Positions 25,405 through 32,000 of a stretch of DNA of 32,000 nucleotides are shown in pieces (position 1 is the stretch's first letter; each line of letters begins with the position of its first letter). The stretch is from Candidatus Brockarchaeota archaeon (GTDB taxonomy: Archaea > Thermoproteota > EX4484-205 > JAAOZO01): contig JAFNIV010000010.1 of NCBI GenBank assembly GCA_017601145.1, forward strand, positions 6,950-38,949. Reading direction: 5' to 3'. The notes under the pieces were generated by a model that did no database searches, was not told the origin of the DNA, and saw only the letters and a list, made by a program, of their open reading frames with translations. The position numbers and the translations under genes were made by a program.

Positions 25405-25564
25405 CTCAGAACCCTCTATCATTCCTTTTTGGTTCTTCATACTCCTAAACCTATTTCCGTACAAGCTGTGTTCAATGCTCTATAGATGGCTCCCACAATA
25501 AATAGACGATGGTCTTTAGTTAAAGAGATTATTTTCTTGTCAAATTTTATGTAAATATGTTAAG

Positions 25565-26035
25565 TTAAAAAGTTAAGTAGAGTCTATCTCCCTTTCTATG
25601 CAAGTTTTTGATAACTTTTCCCTTCCCTCCAGTTACTATTTCAGAAGAGTTAACTAGAGCAGCTCCAACAGCTATCAGCATAAGTTCCTTAGAAAAAATT
25701 GCTACTGCATCATCCTTTTTGAAACTATTAAACTTAACAATTCCAGGCATCATTACATCTGCACCATTTAGTACTGGGTTTACCGCATTCTCGTCTATCA
25801 TTACAGCAGGACACTTTGTTGTTTTTCCTAAGCTAAGCATATGCGGAATTATTTTTCCATCATTGAAGATAATTAAAGTTGGGTTTGCATCTATAAGTAA
25901 AAGTTTCTCTTCTTGTAGTTCAACAATTTCAGCTAAGTTGAATTTCTCGAAGCTAAAAGTTATTCCTTTTTGTTTTGCATCTTCTAGTATCTTTTTAGCT
26001 TCTTTTCTTCTAATTGGGATTCTCTTTACTTTCAT
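25565..26035 (-). CDS. PUA-domain RNA-binding protein (COG2016, Tma20/MCT-1-like)
   Basis: C-terminal PUA signature AVNPVLNGADVMMPGIVKF ... DAVAIFSKELMLIAVGAAL ... GKGKVIKNLHRKGDRLY. It overlaps the upstream gene's end by 4 nt. Confidence 0.7.
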   Translation of the reverse strand: MKVKRIPIRRKEAKKILEDAKQKGITFSFEKFNLAEIVELQEEKLLLIDANPTLIIFNDGKIIPHMLSLGKTTKCPAVMIDENAVNPVLNGADVMMPGIVKFNSFKKDDAVAIFSKELMLIAVGAALVNSSEIVTGGKGKVIKNLHRKGDRLYLTF

Positions 26036-26892
26036 ACTGACTTAATTATTTCTTCTAGTGCTAAGCAGTTTTCCTTAGCTTTCTTAAGAGCTATTTCTAA
26101 AGTTACTTCTTTAACTTCAGGGTCAAACTCTGGAGGGCATTCAAGAGTTAAGAATCCATTGAAACCAGCCTCTTTTAAAAGTTTTACAATCTTCTTCCAT
26201 TCTACGCTTCCTTTAAGTAAGTGTCTAAATCCAGTTATGTTTCCAACGTTTGTATCGAAATCTTTTGCATGAACATTCGATATCATCCCTTTCAGTGTAT
26301 GAATCCAGTTTTCAGGATAAGCTATTGCCATTAAGTTTGCTACATCTAGATAAACCTTAACATTTTCAAGTCCAACATCTTGTATAAACTTTTTGAATTC
26401 TATAGGTGAATATAGAAACTTATTCCAAACATTTTCTATAGCAACAGTTACTCCAAAATCTTTTGCATAGGATCCAAGCTCTTTTATTGACTTTACTGAA
26501 TTTTCATAAACCTTTTCATAAGGAATACTCGGAGAAGCTACTGCTGGAACAACAAGTATAGACTTAGCTCCAACAGCATTAGCCATTCTAATTCCTGCTT
26601 TCCCATATTCAATTCCTTTTCTTCTTAAGTTTTCATCGCTAGAGCCCAAATTATACTTCCAGAATACACCAGTCGCAACACTTGGTATTTCAAGTCCATG
26701 TAGTATAAAGTTTTCAGCAATCTCTTTTATTTCTTCCCTAACTTTTTTTGTTGGATCAAAATAACTATCATCGAACACAAGTTCAACTCCATCATAACCA
26801 ATTTCCTTTATCTTACCTGCAAGTTCTTTGTTTGAAAGTTCTTTGGTCAAACTTGGCCAGTTTAAGCTCCATAGGTTTATTCCCTTTTTCAT
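26032..26892 (-). CDS. Sugar phosphate isomerase/epimerase (xylose isomerase-like TIM barrel family)
   Basis: 286 aa with a beta/alpha-barrel pattern: GYDGVELVF ... ILVVPA ... VTVAIENV ... VYLDVANL ... VHAKD ... LTLEC. Substrate unknown. Confidence 0.65.
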   Translation of the reverse strand: MKKGINLWSLNWPSLTKELSNKELAGKIKEIGYDGVELVFDDSYFDPTKKVREEIKEIAENFILHGLEIPSVATGVFWKYNLGSSDENLRRKGIEYGKAGIRMANAVGAKSILVVPAVASPSIPYEKVYENSVKSIKELGSYAKDFGVTVAIENVWNKFLYSPIEFKKFIQDVGLENVKVYLDVANLMAIAYPENWIHTLKGMISNVHAKDFDTNVGNITGFRHLLKGSVEWKKIVKLLKEAGFNGFLTLECPPEFDPEVKEVTLEIALKKAKENCLALEEIIKSV

Positions 26893-26945
26893 GTTTTTAT
26901 TATTTATAAGTAAAACTATTTAAAGTTTTTTAGTAGTAAAAACTT

Positions 26946-27902
26946 ATGAGTTGTAAGGTTGGACTTGCATATGGACAAGAACTCCTCCTTTACTCTTTTC
27001 CTGGAAATCACCCAATGAACAGCAAAAGAATAGCTACTTTTTATGAAAAAGTTAAGAATGAAAAAATCTTAGATAGAAAGAACGTTGTAGTCGTAAAACC
27101 AAGGCTTGCAAACGAAGAAGAACTAACACTTTTTCATTCTAAAAGCTATGTTTCATTCGTAAAAGAAAAATCAATCTATGGAGAAGGAGTGCTTGATGAT
27201 GAGGATACTCCCGCATTTAAAGGAGTTTTTGAGGCAGCTTCTTATGTAGTTGGAACTACGTTAAAACTAGTTGATATGATCATGGAAAATAGTATAGATC
27301 ATGGTTTTAACCCAATGGGAGGATTACATCATGCACAGAAAAACTCCGCTGCTGGCTTTTGCGTGTTTAATGATGCTGCAATTGCATTACTAAGACTTAA
27401 AACTTACTATAAGTTAAATAGAATTCTTTACTTTGACATAGATGCGCATCATAGTGATGGAATTTATTATCCATTTGAGGAAGATGGTTGGCTTTATTAT
27501 GTCGATATCCACGAAGATGGAAGGTACCTTTATCCTGGTACTGGAAGTAAAGAAGAAAGAGGCAAAGGAGAAGGTTACGGAAAGAAGATTAACATTCCAT
27601 TAAAACCAAAATCCGGTAATAAAGAGTTTTTGTTTGCTCTTAGCAGTGTAAAATCATTCTTAAGAGAGGCTAAACCTGAGTTTATAGTCCTTCAGGCTGG
27701 AGGAGATGGTATTGAAGGTGATCCGATTACTGACTTAAGGTATTCTAAAAAAGCTCATGAGGAAACTACTCGTCTCTTACACAATGTTTCTCATGAGTTT
27801 TCTAACGGAAGACTTCTCATCCTCGGAGGGGGTGGCTACAACGTTGAAAACACTTCAAATGCATGGATTTCTATTCTTAAAGTCCTTGTTGGAGAAAGTT
27901 AA
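26946..27902 (+). CDS. Histone deacetylase-family (class I/AcuC-like) Zn-dependent deacetylase
   Basis: GGLHHAQKNSAAGFCVFNDAAIA, DIDAHHSDG and LILGGGGYN are the canonical HDAC active-site and metal-ligand motifs. Confidence 0.8.
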   Translation: MSCKVGLAYGQELLLYSFPGNHPMNSKRIATFYEKVKNEKILDRKNVVVVKPRLANEEELTLFHSKSYVSFVKEKSIYGEGVLDDEDTPAFKGVFEAASYVVGTTLKLVDMIMENSIDHGFNPMGGLHHAQKNSAAGFCVFNDAAIALLRLKTYYKLNRILYFDIDAHHSDGIYYPFEEDGWLYYVDIHEDGRYLYPGTGSKEERGKGEGYGKKINIPLKPKSGNKEFLFALSSVKSFLREAKPEFIVLQAGGDGIEGDPITDLRYSKKAHEETTRLLHNVSHEFSNGRLLILGGGGYNVENTSNAWISILKVLVGES

Positions 27903-27934
27903 CTTTATAATTAGTATTTATCATCAAAAAGGCA

Positions 27935-28405
27935 ATGTTTAAGTGGATAGTAAATGAAAAAATTGCAGGAGCTTCAATACCAATTAATGTTGAAGATTTG
28001 CAGATATGGAAAAATGAAGGTATTAAGGCTGTAGTTGTACTTGCAGAAACTCATGAAATTTCTAGATACTGGACAGATACAAGTTATTATTTTGATGTTC
28101 TTAAAGATAATAAATTAGATTTTCTGCATAGCCCTATTAAAGATTTTCATGCTCCATCATTAGAACAGCTCGAGAATATAATCAATTGGATAAATCACAA
28201 GATTGCTATAGGCAAGCCTGTTGTAGTTCATTGTCATGGAGGCATAGGACGAACAGGGATCATTCTTGCAGCTTATCTTGTTGAAAATGGGGCTAAGCCC
28301 GATGTTGCGATCCTCGAGATTAAGAAACAAATTCCATTTTCTCTAGAATTAGAAGAGCAAATTAATATCGTTTACAAGTATTATTGGAAGAAGAAAAATA
28401 TTTAG
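27935..28405 (+). CDS. Dual-specificity (Cys-based, CX5R) protein phosphatase
   Basis: P-loop VVHCHGGIGRTGIILAAYL (HCxxGxxRT) in a 156-aa protein. It lies 32 bp downstream of the deacetylase gene on the same strand. Confidence 0.8.
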   Translation: MFKWIVNEKIAGASIPINVEDLQIWKNEGIKAVVVLAETHEISRYWTDTSYYFDVLKDNKLDFLHSPIKDFHAPSLEQLENIINWINHKIAIGKPVVVHCHGGIGRTGIILAAYLVENGAKPDVAILEIKKQIPFSLELEEQINIVYKYYWKKKNI

Positions 28406-28693
28406 AAATCTAAGGTTTTTAATTTAATCTTTTTTCTGAATGAATCAAAAAGAATATTTTAACTATCATGAAATAAGTAAGCGTGTAAAGTTTTCAAATA
28501 GGTAAAAAGTTTTTCTTTAAAGCTAATGTTTAAGAAAATTTACTTTTTGAATGACCTAATGTTTTGAGTCGTACAAATGTAATTTTGTACTTATAAGTTT
28601 AACCATAATGGCTTATTCATCTTTATTAGACTTACTAACCTAAGCCTTTTTAAAGACAAGTTCCACTTTAGGAGCCAACTTTTAGTTAAGGTG

Positions 28694-31015
28694 CTACTCT
28701 TGTCTTTCTATTGCGCTAGGCCTTATTTTTCCGTCAATAACTTCGTATACCCTTTCTCTTGATTCGAAAACATCAGTTATATGAGTAACAACCACGACTT
28801 GGTCGATATACTTCGTTAAATCTTCTCTCAATAAGTTAACGATAGATTGCCTTCTGTTATAATCAGAAGAAGAAAGTGGTTCATCTAAGATTAAGAACTT
28901 TGGGTAAGTACCTTTTGAAGATGGAAGTATTGAAAGAACAAAGGAAAGTCTCATGGCAAGCAAAAGCTGATCTACAGTCCCTCCACTGTATACATCTTTT
29001 CTTATAAACTTCTTAGCTTCAGGATCATAAACACTTATCTCAAAGTTTTCATCTATTTTTACAGCTTTATACTTTCCATTTGTTATCTTCGAAATAAGTA
29101 GGTTCATATTTCTTTCCATCCTTGGCCTAAAGGCGTTTCTAATTTCGTTTATAGATCTGTCTATAAGTTCAAGCGCGATATGGAGTATTTCTGCTCTATG
29201 TTTAAGTTTCTTTAGTTCTTCCTCAAGTTCATTAAGCCTTAACTTTAGTTTTTCTTCTTTACTTACTTCTTCTTCTAAACTTCTAAGTTGCTCTTCTAGT
29301 GTAGTTAAGCTCCCCCTGATTTTTCCTTCTTCTTGTAGGTAAGAAGAAAGTAAATTTTCAACCTTTTTCTGTGCTTCTTCTAGATTAGTTTTGTTCAAGC
29401 TCTCAAGGTCAATTTTTTCATTGTAGTTTACTAAAATTGTTTTAAAAAGCGTATTAAGTTCTGTTGCTCTTTCTCTATACTGTAAACTAAGCTTAGCTTT
29501 ATCTTCTATTTTTTTATCAAGTTCTTTCATCCTAGATATATCTGACATTGATTTTGCGTATGCTTCAGTGAATCCATTTTTAGATATAACTTTGTAGTAT
29601 GGATCAAGCAAGCTGTTTAGAGAGATTATTCTTTCATTTATTTCCTGTCTTTTTCTTTCAATGTCTTTTATTTCGTTCTCGACATCTTTCAACTTCTTTG
29701 AAGTTGTGTTATAGTTATCTATTTTTTGAAATATTATATTTAGTTCAGAAAGTAAAACATTTTCTTGCTTGTCTATTCTGTTTCTTCTTGTGTAGTATTC
29801 TCTTGTAATAAGAAGAGCCGAAGCAGCAAGAACAGCAACAGTAAATAAAGATGCTAACTTAAAGTTAAGTAATAAGCTTATTAAAGATGTTATTAAGGAT
29901 AACAACATAGTGCTGAAGAAGAATAAAACTTTTTTCTCTCTAATGAACTCGCTAAAGTTTTTGAGTTTCTGAATTTTCTTTAAGTTAAGTTGTATGTCTT
30001 CTTTTTTCTTATTTAGTTCAGTCAAGTTTATTCCTTCTACGTTTCTTTCTATTTCTATCTTCTTACTTGTTCTGCTAGCTAGTTCACTATCTAGTTGAGA
30101 AAGTTCAGTAATGCAACTTCTCATGTTTTCCATTGTTAACTTCAATCTTTGTTCTCCTCCAGAATTTTCTATTCTGTTCTTTAACTCTTCTAGGTTGGAT
30201 ATTTCTTCTTGAATTGAGTTTATTTGGGTCTCAATTTGTTTTAGCTCTTTGTCTATGTTCTTTGCCTTTACAAGAAGAGAAAGTTTCTCTTTCTCTTTTT
30301 TAAGACTTTGAGCCTCTTTTCCTACCTGCTCTAGTCTTTTTAAATAATTGTTCATGCTCTTTTTAATATTCTCTATATCTGTCTTTTTCTTGCTTATATC
30401 TTCAAGTTCTTTCTTTATAGGCTCAATCTCTAAGCTTATTTCTCTTATTTTTCCTCCTCCTCTTTGAGTGCCTTCAATTTCTTTTAGTTCATCATTTGTT
30501 AACTTCTTTACTTGATCCAAGAAATCAATGTTTAACAAACTGTTTATTAGTTGTTGTCTGTTTTGGTTTCCAAGTTCAATTAGTTTGCCAAGTTCTTTCT
30601 GGTTTACTACATTTGTTACCTCCACTTCTTTCCATCCAAGCCCACCTAAAAGTTTACTTAGCTCTTCATTTACTTTCTCAACCTTTAGCGCTATAAGCTT
30701 GTAGCTGTTTTCTTCTAGCTTAGTAAGCTTAGCTGAAGAACCTAAAGTTGTTATTTCTCTTTCTACAATGAATATGTTCCCAGAATCTTCAAACTCAAGC
30801 TTAACGTAAGCTCTTTTTTCCCCATAACTTATAGCTTCCTGAATCTTACTTCCAGTTCTAACTTTTCCAAAGAGTGCAAAAAGTATGGCTTCTATTATCG
30901 TTGATTTTCCAGCCTCATTTTCTCCAACAAGCACAGTTAGTCCGTTTTCAAAACTTATTTCTACATCAGTAAGCTTCCTAAAGTTCTTTACTTTAAGCTT
31001 CCTAAGAACCACCAT
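28694..31015 (-). CDS. Rad50/SbcC-like SMC-type ABC ATPase with a central predicted transmembrane hairpin in place of a zinc hook
   Basis: N-terminal Walker A GENEAGKST. C-terminal signature YSGGTVDQ, Walker B FLILDEPLSSSD and H-loop VVVTHITD. Long heptad-rich E/K arms flank aa 363-404, VLFFFSTMLLSLITSLISLLLNF-K-LASLFTVAVLAASALLIT (DNA 29804-29929), which is bounded by REKK and REYYTRRNR. The whole protein has a single Cys (C301). The start codon shares a base with the stop of the upstream nuclease gene (TAATG). Confidence 0.75.
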   Translation of the reverse strand: MVVLRKLKVKNFRKLTDVEISFENGLTVLVGENEAGKSTIIEAILFALFGKVRTGSKIQEAISYGEKRAYVKLEFEDSGNIFIVEREITTLGSSAKLTKLEENSYKLIALKVEKVNEELSKLLGGLGWKEVEVTNVVNQKELGKLIELGNQNRQQLINSLLNIDFLDQVKKLTNDELKEIEGTQRGGGKIREISLEIEPIKKELEDISKKKTDIENIKKSMNNYLKRLEQVGKEAQSLKKEKEKLSLLVKAKNIDKELKQIETQINSIQEEISNLEELKNRIENSGGEQRLKLTMENMRSCITELSQLDSELASRTSKKIEIERNVEGINLTELNKKKEDIQLNLKKIQKLKNFSEFIREKKVLFFFSTMLLSLITSLISLLLNFKLASLFTVAVLAASALLITREYYTRRNRIDKQENVLLSELNIIFQKIDNYNTTSKKLKDVENEIKDIERKRQEINERIISLNSLLDPYYKVISKNGFTEAYAKSMSDISRMKELDKKIEDKAKLSLQYRERATELNTLFKTILVNYNEKIDLESLNKTNLEEAQKKVENLLSSYLQEEGKIRGSLTTLEEQLRSLEEEVSKEEKLKLRLNELEEELKKLKHRAEILHIALELIDRSINEIRNAFRPRMERNMNLLISKITNGKYKAVKIDENFEISVYDPEAKKFIRKDVYSGGTVDQLLLAMRLSFVLSILPSSKGTYPKFLILDEPLSSSDYNRRQSIVNLLREDLTKYIDQVVVVTHITDVFESRERVYEVIDGKIRPSAIERQE

Positions 31016-32000
31016 TACTGCTGAGAAACCTCCTTAAGTTTAGAATCCAAATAGGATAAGGCTTCTTCAAGCATCTTCTTCTTTTCTTCATCTTTCTCTT
31101 CATTTATCTTCTGCCTTATAAAATCATAGAAAAATTCTATTGGAGTTTTATCTATATTGCTAACTTCATTCCCTTCTTCCTTTAGCACTAAGTCAGCATC
31201 ATTAATCTCAAGTAAAAAGAAGTACTTTTCCAAATTTCTAAGCAGTTCAACTTTATTATAGTACTGGAAAGTTTGAAAGTCAACTCTTCCCTTTAAATCT
31301 ACCCTAAGGATTAAGTTTTCATCTTTTAACTTAAGTATTTCGTTCTGAATATAGCTCTGAATATTTTTTTCGTTTGAACTGTTAATTTCCAGAGAAACTC
31401 TTTGCATTGGTCTAGTTTCTAGATTAATGAAAGTTTGCTTCTGTACTAAGTTGTCTTCAAGTTCAATAAGATAAAATCCTTTTTTATCTTCAGCCTCATC
31501 AAAAGTAAGTTTTTCTGTACTTCCAGGGTATATAATTGTAGTATTCCCTAAAACCTTTATCTCTGGTTTGTGTAAATGTCCAGCAGCAACGTAGTTAACA
31601 TACTTAGGAATCTTACTTGCTTTAACTATCGGCTCAAGTGCATATGGATACTTTTGTTTTACCCCAGTTATTGAATAGTGGAGCATTAATATGTTGAAGT
31701 CTCCCTCTTCAGGTATCTTTACATTCGATAAAGGATCATCTGAAGCACCAAAGTTATGGTTGAAGGATAGTCCACTTATTGTTAAGCTTAAATCCCCAAT
31801 CTTTAAATTTTCAGTTTCGACCTCTTCAGTAGAACCAAAAAACCTAGCGTATCCTGATTTCTCAAACAAGAGAAGAGGAGACTCTGCTTCTTCAACAGAC
31901 CTTGGCATGTCATGATTCCCTCCTATCATAAAAATCTTAGTTCCATTTGAAGTTAAATCTCTAAACCACTTCATCAAGCTACTTCTAGGTGGGTTTCTAG
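31015..32000 (-). CDS. Mre11/SbcD-like metallophosphoesterase nuclease (5' end beyond window; partial)
   Basis: FMIGGNHD, ILMLHYSITG, AAGHLHKPE and IIYPGSTEKLTFDE are calcineurin-like nuclease motifs III-VI. The frame stays open upstream of the track's TTG start (..RNPPRSSLMKWF) to the window edge, so motifs I-II should lie outside the window. Confidence 0.75.
   Translation of the reverse strand, partial: RNPPRSSLMKWFRDLTSNGTKIFMIGGNHDMPRSVEEAESPLLLFEKSGYARFFGSTEEVETENLKIGDLSLTISGLSFNHNFGASDDPLSNVKIPEEGDFNILMLHYSITGVKQKYPYALEPIVKASKIPKYVNYVAAGHLHKPEIKVLGNTTIIYPGSTEKLTFDEAEDKKGFYLIELEDNLVQKQTFINLETRPMQRVSLEINSSNEKNIQSYIQNEILKLKDENLILRVDLKGRVDFQTFQYYNKVELLRNLEKYFFLLEINDADLVLKEEGNEVSNIDKTPIEFFYDFIRQKINEEKDEEKKKMLEEALSYLDSKLKEVSQQ

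Noticed and set aside
1-32000. Search for CRISPR arrays, rRNA genes, inteins in rpoA/rpoB, or long tandem repeats
   Set aside because: No regularly spaced direct repeats were seen and there is no rRNA-like sequence. The polymerase subunits have normal lengths with contiguous conserved motifs.

Overview
AT-rich (about one-third G+C by eye) archaeal chromosomal segment. G+C-rich islands occur only at RNA genes and IS ends, a pattern typical of thermophiles. The core consists of: (1) the exosome superoperon rrp4-rrp41-rrp42-rpl37ae-pfdB; (2) an ECF-transporter energizing module (ecfA1-ecfA2-ecfT); (3) the minus-strand operon rpoH-rpoB-rpoA-rpl30e-nusA-rps12-rps7, with both rpoB and rpoA unsplit; (4) a second translation cluster, nep1 / rps19e-PDCD5-like-rpl39e-rpl31e-aIF6; (5) two convergent tRNA genes (Asp-GTC, Tyr-GTA), each with two introns, one in the anticodon loop and one at the same T-loop position. 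The accessory material is a 1588-bp IS200/IS605-family element (tnpA + tnpB + presumed omega-RNA region), a 246-bp protein-less derivative (MITE/PATE-like) and a decayed TnpB relic abutting it. The derivative shares both IS ends but carries a different ~150-nt G+C-rich structured core. There is also an edge-truncated GH5-like glycosidase, an MPE-like phosphoesterase / SWIM zinc-finger divergent pair, and a PUA / TIM-barrel isomerase / HDAC-like / dual-specificity phosphatase neighbourhood. The most unusual item is an Mre11/SbcD-like nuclease translationally coupled to a Rad50/SbcC-like ATPase. The exact centre of that ATPase's coiled coil carries a predicted two-helix transmembrane hairpin in place of the CxxC zinc hook. 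No CRISPR array or rRNA gene was seen. All calls rest on reading the sequence and ORF translations against remembered family motifs; no database search was possible.
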